From assembly GCF_000142905.1 (NCBI RefSeq), contig NW_013657669.1:310001-374000 (forward strand): 64,000 bases of DNA. The letters are read 5' to 3'. Below, piece by piece: positions 37,865-48,564 of the stretch. Every line of letters starts with the position of its first letter. The first letter of the stretch is position 1. This DNA comes from Thecamonas trahens ATCC 50062. Taxonomy: Eukaryota; Protista; Apusomonadida. Both the position numbers and the translations under genes were made by a program. The notes beneath the pieces were generated by a model. That model did not search any database. It was not told the DNA's origin and saw only the letters and a program-made list of their open reading frames with translations.

Positions 37865-40138
37865 TCACGCCAGCCCGACCGAGAGCAGCCGAGTCTTAAA
37901 GTAGTGCTCGAGCGCGTTGGCGCACTTGTAATACGGCGAGTCGACGTCGTTGTAGAAGCGGCAGTTCTTGAAGACCCGCATGACTTCGGTGACAAACAGC
38001 TCGCGTGTCACGTAGTAGCTGCCGGTCTTGAGACGCTCCTCGATCTCGGCAAACGAAATCGGGTTGGGCACCTGCTCGTAGTAGTCGACAATCTCGCGCG
38101 GGACCGGCTGGAGGAATGGGCCGGCCTTGGCGTGACCCTTGAGCTGCTCCATCACAATGGCAAGCTTCTCGTGGAGCTCGGCGACCGACTCGGGCGAGAC
38201 CGTGTCGGCCGGCGTCCACTGCGTCCCGGCCACGCCCGGAATGTCAGCGATCGGGACGGGGCCGCCAGCCGGGAGGCCGTCGTGCTTCACGTGGTTGTTG
38301 CTCCGCATTCTGATGGCAGCCTCGAGGACCTTGCGTGCGTTGGCCACCATGGTGGGAATGTTGAGGTAGTCGACGAGCGGCGAGAACCGGCACTCCATGA
38401 GGGTGCCGCCGTCGTAGTCCTTGATCCGGCCCTCGAACCGGTTGCGAGGAAGAGTGAGGATGGCCGAGAAGCCCTGCTTGCGGAAAAAGCCCGTGGCAAA
38501 GTCGTCGGCGTACGTCAGAAAGTTGTAGATGCCCTGCGCCTTGCACACCTCCTTGAGGTGGTTAATCAGCCTCGAGCCGAGCCCGCGGACCTGCTGCGCA
38601 GACTCGACAGTGAGAAAGACAATCTCGGCAAAGCCGTCGTTGAGGAACGGCCGGTACACCACCGTACCGATGACGTGATTGTCGTCGTCAAGAATGATGA
38701 CTGCGTGGTGCTTGCGGTTAAAGACAAGGCGCGTGATGTAGTCGCGCGGCATTCGCGGCAGGCCGCGCGACACCACGTCCCGCACCTCCCACAGCCAGTA
38801 GATGGTCTGCGTCGCGCCGTCGTTGGTGATGCACTCGAAACGCACGTCCTTGGCCCGCCGCGGCGGCGCCTCCGCCGCGGCGCTGCTACTCGCGTCCGCT
38901 CCACCCGCTGCCGCGCGCGCCAGCTCTGTCGGCGAGCCCATCGAGCCCATGAGGATCGCCGACGGCGCAATGGTCTGCTGCCCGTTGAGCGAGAGGTTCG
39001 AGCGGGAGCCGCCGCCAGCGGCGGCTCCAGCAGCGGCAGCTGCCGCTGCCGTCGGCGGTGCCACCACCCGCCCGGCCTGGTCGGTGTATACGGCGTCGAG
39101 GCCAAACTTGGCCCGCTTCGGCTCGCGTGGCGCGACCGTGCCCGACCACGTATCGGGCGCCTGCCGCTTTGCCGATCGTGACGGGTTGTTGTGGAAGATC
39201 GGCGACGTTGGCTTGACAATTTCCTCCTTGAGCATGGAGAAAAAGTCAGGAATGAGCGGCCGGAGGTCGGCCGGGAGGAGGAAGACCTGCATGACCCGCT
39301 CTTGCGCAAGAGTGAAGACCGAGAGCAGGAACGAGCGGCCAAAGATCTGCGACGCCGCGTAGCGGTAGCCCGCCAGATTCCCGCACTTGGTGCCCTGGCA
39401 AAAGATGAGCCACCGCTTGTAGTTGACCTTGAACGTCGTGTCGCCCGGGTTGTACTCGAGGTACCGCGCAGGCTTGGGCAGCATCTGCTCGTCGATCGCC
39501 GACATGAAGGTCTTGCACAGCTTGCCAATCCGCGCCACCTGCTCGGCCGGGGCGCCGGCGTATTTGTACTCGAGAAAGTTCATCAGAATCTGCTGGATGA
39601 CCGGCCGCTCGAACGGCGGCGTGCCAATCATCTTGAGAAACTCCTCCATGTCTGCCGGAGACGACATCAGCCGCGCCTTGTACTTGTGGATCTTTGCCAC
39701 GTAGCTGTTGCGCTCGTCGCCCGGCGGCATTGATCGAATGGCCGTCACCAGCTTCTTGATGTGGATGACAATGAGGAACTTTTCGTTCATGCTCGCCTTG
39801 TTCAGCTTGCTCAGCCCGCCGTGCAAATGTACCGAGTGCTTGCAGTTCTGGCACTCGATCCGCGCCTCGCGCGCCATCGGCTGCGTCGTCGTCCCGGCCT
39901 TGATCGCCTGCCGCTGCGCCACAGACTGAGCGTCCAGAAACGACTGGCACTTGCAGCTTGGCTGGAGGCACCGAAAGTACGGCGCCACCTGCAGCTGTTT
40001 TTCCAGCATCGGGATCTTCTCCAGCGCCTGCTCCTGCTGCAACCGCTGCTCGCGGGTCGCGGCTGCCGACGCTGCTGCTCTTCCTCCGGCTCCGCCCTTG
40101 GCCCCGGCTGTCGTACTTGACGACGACGAGGACGGCAT
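37865..40138 (-). CDS. GCN5: Histone acetyltransferase GCN5/PCAF (PCAF_N + GNAT + bromodomain)
   Basis: HAT motifs LPRMPRDYITRLVF, FAEIVF, QQVRGLGSRLINHLK, YADDFATGFFRKQGFS and IKDYDGGTLMEC; bromodomain PFLQPV...DYY...NCRFYN...SPYYKCA; PCAF_N-like CKCQSF, C..CKH and PPFERP. Confidence 0.95.
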   Translation of the reverse strand: MPSSSSSSTTAGAKGGAGGRAAASAAATREQRLQQEQALEKIPMLEKQLQVAPYFRCLQPSCKCQSFLDAQSVAQRQAIKAGTTTQPMAREARIECQNCKHSVHLHGGLSKLNKASMNEKFLIVIHIKKLVTAIRSMPPGDERNSYVAKIHKYKARLMSSPADMEEFLKMIGTPPFERPVIQQILMNFLEYKYAGAPAEQVARIGKLCKTFMSAIDEQMLPKPARYLEYNPGDTTFKVNYKRWLIFCQGTKCGNLAGYRYAASQIFGRSFLLSVFTLAQERVMQVFLLPADLRPLIPDFFSMLKEEIVKPTSPIFHNNPSRSAKRQAPDTWSGTVAPREPKRAKFGLDAVYTDQAGRVVAPPTAAAAAAAGAAAGGGSRSNLSLNGQQTIAPSAILMGSMGSPTELARAAAGGADASSSAAAEAPPRRAKDVRFECITNDGATQTIYWLWEVRDVVSRGLPRMPRDYITRLVFNRKHHAVIILDDDNHVIGTVVYRPFLNDGFAEIVFLTVESAQQVRGLGSRLINHLKEVCKAQGIYNFLTYADDFATGFFRKQGFSAILTLPRNRFEGRIKDYDGGTLMECRFSPLVDYLNIPTMVANARKVLEAAIRMRSNNHVKHDGLPAGGPVPIADIPGVAGTQWTPADTVSPESVAELHEKLAIVMEQLKGHAKAGPFLQPVPREIVDYYEQVPNPISFAEIEERLKTGSYYVTRELFVTEVMRVFKNCRFYNDVDSPYYKCANALEHYFKTRLLSVGLA

Positions 40139-40153
40139 GGCGGTAGGCGTGGG

Positions 40154-40252
40154 TGTATGTATGTATGTATGTATGTATGTATGTATGTATGTGAGATGGG
40201 TTGTTGTTGTTGTTGTTGTCGTGGTGGTGGTGGTGGTGGTGGTGGTGGTGGT
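40154..40252 (-). repeat. (CATA)n/(CAA)n/(CAC)n microsatellite leader upstream of the GCN5 ATG
   Basis: On the + strand it reads (TATG)n, (GTT)n and (GGT)n. Confidence 0.95.
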
Positions 40253-40390
40253 ACGGAGGTGTAAGTGGTGAGGTGTGTGCCTCTGCGACTTGAAACTTGC
40301 TGGCCGTGGTCGCTTCTCCCCCGCACCTCACCCCCCCTCCCTTCCCAGCCGGCCCTCCATCCAACTTTTTACACAAACGCACGTAAGACA

Positions 40391-41965
40391 CTAAGCCTTG
40401 GCCCGCTTGGCAGGCCGGGTATCGGTGTCAGCATCGGGCTCGATGGCATCGGATGCCTTGCGGACTGCGCCCGGAATAGTCATTGTTGGCGAGCTGTCGA
40501 ACGGGAGGTCGACGAGCGCCACCGAGTCGAGATAGGCGACGCCGGCAGAGACGCCGCCCTCGTCGACGTCGGCAGGCTTAGTGCGGAGGAGGTAGCCACC
40601 GGCTTTGTTGTCGATCTCGGTGCCCGAGGCGACATCCTTGAAAAAGAGGCCAAAGATGCCAAGCTCTGAAACGCCCTGGATCTCCTTGACCACTCCGCCG
40701 CGGAGAACAAGGTTGCGGGCCAGCGGCGGCACAATGCGCTCCATCAAGATGTATGCCTCGAGCTCATCGCGCGACTTGGTGGCGATGGCCTTGGCGAGCG
40801 CCGCCCGATACAGGTTGTTCCCGCCGCCCTCGCGCTGCGGCTTGAGCACGTAGTCGTCCGGCGCCGCCGCGGCTTGCGCCAGCACCTCGGTCGCCCGTCC
40901 GCTGTCGGCAGGCAAGTCGTAGAGGCCAGCAAAGACCGACGAAGCCGCCGCGGCCTCGGACGGCGACACGTACCGGGTTAGGACCTCCGGGTCGGCAAGC
41001 GCCCGCTGCATGGCCTTGGTTCCCGCCAGCTGGTGCGCAATGTCCGGGATTTTCACCGACGTCGACGCCTCGATAGTTGCGCGGATGTCCCAGTGCGCCT
41101 GGCTCGGATAGTCGTCGGGAGTGTAGCCGGCGCGAAAGTAGAAGACGCTTACCGGTGCACCGTTGAGCTGAACAGTCCCAGCCTCGTCGTCGTGCTCGAG
41201 GTCTGCCATGAGCGAGTCGTGGGTGGCACGGACCATGTTGATGCCCGCAGACTCGAAGAGCAGGTACTGGATCCACCGCTGGTCGTACTGGTTAAGCTCG
41301 CCGGCCTGGACCACCATGACCACCACCGGCGTCGCGGCCGGTGCCTGCCGCGCCACGTACTCTGAGTGCGCCAGCGTGAGCAGGGCCACCAGCTCCTTGA
41401 GCGCTGCGTTCGGCGGCGAGTCAAACTCAAGCGCTGGCTGGACGGCCCCGCGCTTGAGCTGATACTCGTGGAGCGAGCACGCGATCGACGAGAGCGCCGC
41501 GTACGCCACCGAGATGGCGTTCTGCTCCACCTGCAGGATCCGCAACGGGTTGTCCTGCTGCGGCTGATGCAGCAGGTAGTCGGTCCGCCAGATGCCGGCC
41601 ACCACGCCCGATCGCCCACCGGGCACTCCGCCCACGGCCTCGAGGATGGCCAGCTGCGACGCCACAAACGGGTCGCGCTTGGCCACCGGGCGAAGGACCT
41701 TGTGCAGCAGCTCGCTGTCACTCGCCGACGCCGAGAGCAGCCGGTTCATCAGCGGCTGCAGCGCCCACACATGCTCAAAGGCAGCCTTGGGAAACGGCGA
41801 GGGGTACAGTGCGAGCGGTGCGTGCGTCACCCCGGTCCCGGGCACGTCCTTGACCAGACCACGCGTCACTGCCCACTGCCCGGCCTCGCTCGCCAACGTG
41901 GCCACCTCTGTGCTCTGCGCCAGAGGCAGCTCCAGCGGCTCGGGCAACCGTGCATTGCTTGTCAT
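40391..41965 (-). CDS. GSS: Eukaryotic glutathione synthetase
   Basis: THAPLALYPSPFP, RTDYL, QVEQNAIS, YFRAGYTPDDY, QLAGTKAMQ, YVLKPQREGGGNN, SELGIFG and EGGVSAG. Confidence 0.95.
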   Translation of the reverse strand: MTSNARLPEPLELPLAQSTEVATLASEAGQWAVTRGLVKDVPGTGVTHAPLALYPSPFPKAAFEHVWALQPLMNRLLSASASDSELLHKVLRPVAKRDPFVASQLAILEAVGGVPGGRSGVVAGIWRTDYLLHQPQQDNPLRILQVEQNAISVAYAALSSIACSLHEYQLKRGAVQPALEFDSPPNAALKELVALLTLAHSEYVARQAPAATPVVVMVVQAGELNQYDQRWIQYLLFESAGINMVRATHDSLMADLEHDDEAGTVQLNGAPVSVFYFRAGYTPDDYPSQAHWDIRATIEASTSVKIPDIAHQLAGTKAMQRALADPEVLTRYVSPSEAAAASSVFAGLYDLPADSGRATEVLAQAAAAPDDYVLKPQREGGGNNLYRAALAKAIATKSRDELEAYILMERIVPPLARNLVLRGGVVKEIQGVSELGIFGLFFKDVASGTEIDNKAGGYLLRTKPADVDEGGVSAGVAYLDSVALVDLPFDSSPTMTIPGAVRKASDAIEPDADTDTRPAKRAKA

Positions 41966-42216
41966 GATGGAGATGTTTGTGGCGTTGAGTGGCGTGGAAC
42001 GGGGGTTGAGGCCGGGGCGGGAGGCGGGCGGGTGTGGTCGCCTCCGGGCGGGGCCTGCTGACGCCACCTGTTGCTGTCCGGCCGAGCACTCGCCGTATTC
42101 TCGCCGCATACTCGCGCGGCTCAGCAGGCATCGATGTTAGGCATTTACTGTAGTTGCTTGGTGTGGCGTGTTGGTGTGAACGAGTGATGATGGATGCGCA
42201 CCGTAGATGGGCGGCG

Positions 42217-44568
42217 TCACATCTGCGGCTCAAGGATGTGCGCAAAGGGCGAGGCCCGTCCGGAGCAGTCGGCAAAGAGCAGACCGGTGGCAGAGGTCTG
42301 GTCGTGGAGGTCCAGGAACGAGGCATGCCGCGAAACGATCGGCGTGGCAGGCGCCGACGACGACGGTTCGAAGCCGGCAAGGAGCGCACCGAGGCTCGAG
42401 TGGCCGATGGCGCCCGACGCGCCTGGCGCCCGGCAGTGGGCGAGCGCAGGCATCGAGCCGCGCTCCAGCAGCGGGAGCGCCGAGACCGAGCGCTGGACAC
42501 CCGGCGCCGCCGTCTCGGCGGGATCGTCAAAGATCGACGCCAGCTCCGGGTCGCTCGAGCCCATCTCGAGGTCGAGGTAGGATGGGAGCCGCGACCGCGA
42601 CGGCTCGCCGAGCAGGTTGCGCGAGACCTTGAAGAGCGACGCAGCCGAGCCGTCGTCGTCCAGGCCGTCGTCATCGCCGCTGGCGCCGGGCCCACGCTTG
42701 CGCTTGCGGCTCTCGCTCGCCTCGGCCGACGGCTCGCCGAGGCTGGGGAAGAGCTCCTCGGCGACGGCGCCGCTGTTGAACGGACGGAATGGCGCCTCCA
42801 CCGAGGGCTTGGGCGTCGTCACGCTCGCGTAGTCCTCGCGGAGCTGCGCTGCCGTCGGCGTGAGGCGGCCGACTTGCGGCTCGACCATGGTCAGCGACGC
42901 CGAGTCGAGGCCCATCGTGAGCAGCTCCTCGTCGGCAAGGCCCGCCCGTGACGACGAGCGCGACGTCGTCGCTGGCTTCTTGGGCGTCACCCGGTTGGCC
43001 TCGGCGAGGCCCGAGCTAACAGCCGCACGTACATCGGCGCGCGGATGAACAGCAATCTTGGTTGGCGCGGCCATGGTCACGTTCGGGTCGTTGTCCTCGT
43101 CGCCCGGCTGATAGTACCCGGAGCTGGCCTCCAGAGAGGGTTTCAGCCCGTCGTCGTCGCGCGCGGCCTCCAAGGCCGCGGGGCCGGACGGCTCCGCCTC
43201 CACGCCCTCCTCGTACGAGTACGCGTAGTAGTACTCAGCCTCGTCGTGCGGGAGTGGCTTGCTCGGCCATGCGTACGGGTCCAGCTCGCTCACTCGCGAC
43301 GGCTTCTTGAACGCGGATGCCTTGGCGTCGGCGTTGCCCCGGAGCAGCTGCGGCGCCCCGGCCATCGACACCGACCGCCCAAGGTTAACCGGCGGCATAA
43401 ACGTCTGCGGCAATGTGCTCGACGACGACGACTTTTTGCGGATGACACGCCTGCGGATCATTTGCCCACGCGCAGAGTCAGGCGCAGGATGCGGTGGAAC
43501 AAGTGAGGTCATCACTGTCGCCGCCCGCATCGTGTTGGGCGTCGCGAGCTCGACCCGCGTCGCACCCATCGACCCGTTCGCGTTCGGGATCGGGACCGAC
43601 GGCGGCCGCGGCCGCTGCGGGGCCGACCCGGCCTTCGCCTTGGCCTTGGCCTTGGAAGTCTTGGGAGTCTTGGGAGTCTTGGGAGCCTTGGCAGCCTTGG
43701 GAGCCTTGGAAGCCTTTGCGCCTGTCTCTGCCACTGGCTTCCGAGCGGGTGCCGCACCTCCGTGCTGCGGCGTAGCGGCAGCAGCGGCACCGTCGATCGG
43801 CGGCGGGTGCTCGGTCGGCGCAGGGTGCGAAGCGATGCCCTTGCGCTGCTTGGGGCCCTTGGAAAAGTTGATGTCGACATGGTGCCGGACATAGGTCTGG
43901 TGCGGAAGGATAGGAGGGAGCACGGTGAGGCATGCTCTGTTCTGAGCCTCTTTGGAGGCGAGCCTGCGGACCAGCTGGGTCTGGTTCTGCAACCAGTTGG
44001 CCCGCTCGGCCTGCCACGGGCCCGAGATGAGCGACTTGCACATCTCGCATTCACCGCCGCACTCTTCAAAGTGCATGTAGTGGATGGGAAAGGCCATCTC
44101 GTGGCGCTCCACCGCCTGCTTGCGGTTGGCAATGCGCGGCGACGACGAAAAGTACTCGCAGTTTGCATGCCGGCAGATGTGGTCGTCGCGCCCGCCGTCT
44201 ATCGTCCACTCCTCAGCTTCAAAAAGGTCGCGGCATCGCGGGCAGTCGCCGCCGCACTCGGCCACGTGCTGGCTGTGCAGGCCGAAGCGCCGCTCGTGGC
44301 CGGCCATCTGCCGCGGGTCCAGCGAGAGCATCCCGCACCCGGTATGCTGGCACTCATAGTAGACCACCTCGGGCGAACGCGACGCCCGCTTGCGCGCACG
44401 GGTCGTCCCGGTCGGCTTCTTCTTGGTTGTGGGCGCCGCTGCCGTCCCCAAAGCCTTGCCCGCTTTCTTGCTCACGCCGGCCTTCTTCTTGCTCGCCTTC
44501 TTGGACGGCGACCCTGCGGGATTGGGCTTTGCAAGTGCCGACTGCTCCGAACCTGAAACAATCACCAT
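42217..44568 (-). CDS. Putative nuclear protein with two tandem atypical Cys/His zinc-binding modules and long low-complexity regions
   Basis: Lys-rich N-terminus, two C-x4-C...HE...H-x2-H-x3-C-GG-x-C-x2-C modules, (KAP/KTP)n repeat and RKRKR. Confidence 0.75.
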   Translation of the reverse strand: MVIVSGSEQSALAKPNPAGSPSKKASKKKAGVSKKAGKALGTAAAPTTKKKPTGTTRARKRASRSPEVVYYECQHTGCGMLSLDPRQMAGHERRFGLHSQHVAECGGDCPRCRDLFEAEEWTIDGGRDDHICRHANCEYFSSSPRIANRKQAVERHEMAFPIHYMHFEECGGECEMCKSLISGPWQAERANWLQNQTQLVRRLASKEAQNRACLTVLPPILPHQTYVRHHVDINFSKGPKQRKGIASHPAPTEHPPPIDGAAAAATPQHGGAAPARKPVAETGAKASKAPKAAKAPKTPKTPKTSKAKAKAKAGSAPQRPRPPSVPIPNANGSMGATRVELATPNTMRAATVMTSLVPPHPAPDSARGQMIRRRVIRKKSSSSSTLPQTFMPPVNLGRSVSMAGAPQLLRGNADAKASAFKKPSRVSELDPYAWPSKPLPHDEAEYYYAYSYEEGVEAEPSGPAALEAARDDDGLKPSLEASSGYYQPGDEDNDPNVTMAAPTKIAVHPRADVRAAVSSGLAEANRVTPKKPATTSRSSSRAGLADEELLTMGLDSASLTMVEPQVGRLTPTAAQLREDYASVTTPKPSVEAPFRPFNSGAVAEELFPSLGEPSAEASESRKRKRGPGASGDDDGLDDDGSAASLFKVSRNLLGEPSRSRLPSYLDLEMGSSDPELASIFDDPAETAAPGVQRSVSALPLLERGSMPALAHCRAPGASGAIGHSSLGALLAGFEPSSSAPATPIVSRHASFLDLHDQTSATGLLFADCSGRASPFAHILEPQM

Positions 44569-45343
44569 GCTGCTTCCCTGCAGATCAGTGCTCGCAGCCT
44601 TCACCTGTCCCCTATCGCCGCTTCGATTCTCTGTTGCTCGTCCCGCCTGTCGCTCTGTCTTGATACGCACATAGGTGGGTGAGTGGCAGCGCCAGCTGGC
44701 CAGCCGTCACTCGGCAGCATTGATTCTACACCCGAATGTCCCAACGAGGCAGAATCAACAACCAGGCAGCCAGGGGGGGACATTCGCACCCGCACTCACC
44801 CATGACGCTTCTGCACAAGCTGTGGACATAGAGAGGTCTTACCCGCTCCAAGTACTACCCCATTCCGCTCTTGTCCGCTCCCGAACGTGCCTCACACTGA
44901 CTCGGTCCCTCCCAGCAGTGTCGGTTGGAATGCCCCCTCGCCGCAAAATCGACCCTGTTTTTTGGCCTCTCCCCCTCGGCGGCCCCCAGGGGGGGACCAC
45001 GTGGGGCTCCGCCGTGTCTGGGAGGACGACTAGCTGGGCATGGGACCCGGGGCTGTGGCCGTAGTACTGGGTTGTGGTGCGCATGGGTACATAGCCACAA
45101 CCAAGAACTGAAAGGAGGAAGAGGCCGGGGACGTTGGGGGGGCAATATCTGTGCAACGTACGCAAAGGCAATGTTGAGTCGACGACTCGTCGAGAGCACA
45201 GTTGCTGAGTGGCGACCGTGGCGGAGGGGGCGCGGGTGGCGAGTGAAATGTTGATGAACGGCATCATGAAGGCCAGTCACATCCCAGACAAGTATCGTCA
45301 TATTCAATAGACCAGAGCGAGAGCGAGGGGGGGGGGGGGGCGA

Positions 45344-48300
45344 TCAGTTGAGAGCAAGTATGGGCGGGGAGCGGTGCGGCGAGCGGTGGGAAGCGCGGCG
45401 GCGAGCGAGGGCCGAGTGGCACGACTGGGCGATGACCGAGGAGCAGAAGATGTAGATGAGGCAAGCAACGAAGAGGATCCAGCAGCCGTGATCGAGGGTG
45501 GCACGGACGTCCATGCATGTGTTGTCGTTGTGGAGAGGGCTGGAAAAATACTGGGCGAGGAGCGGGTTGATGGCGTTGCACTTGTCGCCGACGATAAAGG
45601 CGGCAAATTGGTGGATCTCAAGGAGGGCGGCTATGACCGAGATGACAAAGACGTCGAGCGACGACCATGCGTTGAGGACTTCGGCGAGCCGAAAGATACG
45701 CTCTTGCTGGTCCTCGGTGAGCGGAGCGAGCCAGAGAATGCCGAGCACAAGGTGGTGGATGACCGGGATGATCATGGCGAACATGAAAAAGGTGAGCTGG
45801 ATGGTGCGGATGCCGATCGAGTCAGGCGCGGTCGACGCGCTTGGCAGAGCAAGGCCGAGCGAAATGAGCGAGTACGACGTGGCGGTCTTCTCGCCCAGAA
45901 AGGCGAGAACGAGCTCGGTGAGGCCGTGGAACTCGAGCTCGAACGACTTGACGACGGCACCTGCGGCGACAAGACCAAATGAGGTGACAAGCAGGAGAGC
46001 GACCGAGCCGGGGAGCCAGGCTGAGGTGGCGCGGGCCGACGAGGCGAGCGCCACTCGGGCCGATGGCAGGATGACTGGGCCGGTGACCGCGTCCGGGTTC
46101 GGATCTGCGGCTTGGTGGACCGCTGCAGCGGCGCGGTGGTAGTGGAGGATGACGTGGGTGAGGCAGAGCGAGACAATGGTGGCTATGAGAAAACCATAAA
46201 AGCCAAAGTACGGGACGACGACAATGTCGATGGCGGTAGCGCCGGCAGGCACGTCGGCGCTTGGGACGGCCGGCGCAGCCATGGTCATACGAAAGGCGAC
46301 CATCATCATGACCAAGACGTACGAGTCAATGAGCGAGTACTTGCCGCAGGCGTCAAGAATGCGGAGGACCCGCTCGCGCCCTGCGTCTGACGAGACCGGG
46401 ATGAGCCATGCTCCGAGCATCATGAGGAGCTTGAGGTACGGCCACGCGCCCGAGAAGACCGCAATGAGGAGCGCAAGCGGGTACACACCGGCCTCCCACA
46501 TGTCGTGGACCGAGTTGGCGAGCGTAAACGAGAAGATCGGCGGCAGCATGACCTTGCCAGTGCCGAGAGTGATGACAACCTCGACCGAGGCGCCGACCGA
46601 GGTGTTCGCCGAGACGAACAGCGCAATGTTGACGAGTATGACGGCCGGGATGGCGTAGCGGGCGAACCACGGGACCGAGTCGTCGACCGAGAGCGAAGCG
46701 CGCCCCGCGCAACATCCTCTCCGCGAGTGCCAGTCGCCGACCCGTGGCGAGGCGAGCGCAAAGCCTGCGCTTGACGACGACTTTTCGTCGAGTCTGCCAC
46801 CCAGCGCCGCAAACGACGATCCCGGTGAGGCTGCGTCGGCAGCAAGCTCGGCGTAGGTGCCGGCGCGCGAGCTGCTTAGCAGCGGGCTCTCCTCGTGAGC
46901 GCCCTTCACCTGCGAGCCGGCCGCCATCGAGTTGCGGACAAGGACAAGGAGAACAACAATGAGGAGCGAGAGGATGAGCGCGCCGAGAAAGGCCTGGAAC
47001 GTCCGGCGGTAGTTGAAGGTCTCGGCAGGCGAAGTCGGCGCCGAGCAGAGGAGCGGCGGGTCCGCGAGCACGCCCGCCATCCACACGTTGAACGTTTCGG
47101 AGAGCGGCGTAGCGATAAAGCAGTCGAAAAAGGCCGGGACGGCGCCGTTGAATGACGACAGCAGCATGCCGACAAACGCGTCGAGCGCCGCATCAAGCTC
47201 GCCCTCGACGCCGTTGGCATTTGTCAGCGGCGTGAGCGAGATACTCTCCACCGTGGTGTTGAACGAGATGTCAGTGACGTTGACGACCGAGAGGAGTGCA
47301 AGGAGACAGCCGGGATCCTCAACCTGCGACGGTGAGAGCGCAACAACCCGCTTCTCGAGAACACCAAGGAGAACGCCAAAGTCCATGATCGAGTCGGCGA
47401 GCGAGACCTCCAGCTGCGCGGCCTCGTAGAGCTCGGCGCCACGAAGGGTAGCGTTCGATGCTGGGATGGAGACGTTGACCGAGACGTCGGCAACCAGCAT
47501 GAGCTTCGAGGTGGCGGTCTGCGAGGTGAGCGTGTACGCACCGGTCGGCACGAGCGCGTCAAACTTGGTCCATGTGTTGAGGCCCGAGACATTGAGCGAG
47601 TGCAGTGTGAGTGTCAGGTTACCGGCCGAGCCGAGCGGAAAAGTAGCCGAGTCAGGCAGGCCAAAGCTTGCCAGGTCGTCGATGTACACCATGCCGGTGC
47701 CTGCGGTGAGGACGTCCACAATCTTGTTAAGTCCGAGCGGGCCGCTGGCGCCGACAACCGAGTCGAGAACGTAGTCGAGGAGCCCGACCACGGGATTGCC
47801 AATCCACTTGATGTTGCCTGGCGGGAGCGGCGGCGGCGGTAACGGGGGCGCGGTGTCTCGCATGGCGCCAGCTTGGCGTTGGCCTCCTGCACCGCCGCGG
47901 TGAGGTTGGTAGCGACAGCGGTCTTCATCTCGGCGCAGATGACCTTGTCAACCTCGCGCTGGATAAACGGAGTAGCGAGCTTAGCAACCTCGTCAAGAAT
48001 GGCGCGCTCGATGAGCGAGCCGGCAAAGGCGACCGACGCAACATGAACCGACGCAAGGCAGTGGGTGAGCTTCGCGGTGTGGGCGAGGCCGTCCGGACCG
48101 GCAACAAGGGCGAGCGTCGCGGCGAGCGAAGACGCGTCGACGACCACCGCCGCCCCGCCGCGAAGATGCAGCTCTTTGTGGCGGGTGTCGCCGATGTAGT
48201 ACGCACCACGGCATGAGACGGCCAGGCCACCGACATCGAGCGAGATGACCGAGCCGCCGGGCGCGTCCGATCCGACCGAGTCGAGGCGCAGGCCGTCACA

Positions 48301-48564
48301 GACGAGTCCGTCGAGCTCGAGCGTGTATCTGTCGTGGTCGAGGCCAAAGGCCATAGCCGGAAAGTGGAGCGAGAGCGAGGCAAGCCAGCATGGCAGGTCG
48401 GTGCATGATGCTGTAGAGAGGGACGTGAGGAGGGACGTGGGGTTGGGCGTGGCGAGAAGCACGGGCGTGGCGAGAGGCGCGGGCGTGGCGCAGGCCGGCG
48501 TTGTCACCGCCACCACCACGACCAACGCGAGCGCCACAAGCTGCGTCCAAGACGCTGTGAGCAT
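45344..48564 (-). CDS. Large membrane protein with lipid-binding-like (BPI/TULIP-like) ectodomain and PqiA-like TM domains; -1 frameshift near 47863
   Basis: Signal peptide MLTASWTQLVALALVVVVAV; beta-rich extracellular repeats; PqiA-type motifs LLIAVFSGAWPYLKL, GKYSLIDSYV and NAWSSLDVF. ORFs 47614-48564 and 45344-47863 join by adding one base. Confidence 0.7.

Noticed and set aside
37559-39181. 540-aa + strand ORF (similarly 9689-11023, 24916-26184, 27496-28839, 57075-58787, 59582-61147)
   Set aside because: These are antisense ORFs expected from extreme GC3 bias, and they contain no recognisable motifs.
45245-45310. Possible C/D snoRNA or SECIS element (TGATGA, ATGA motifs)
   Set aside because: No matching D box with terminal stem, no apical AA loop, and no in-frame UGA selenoprotein upstream.
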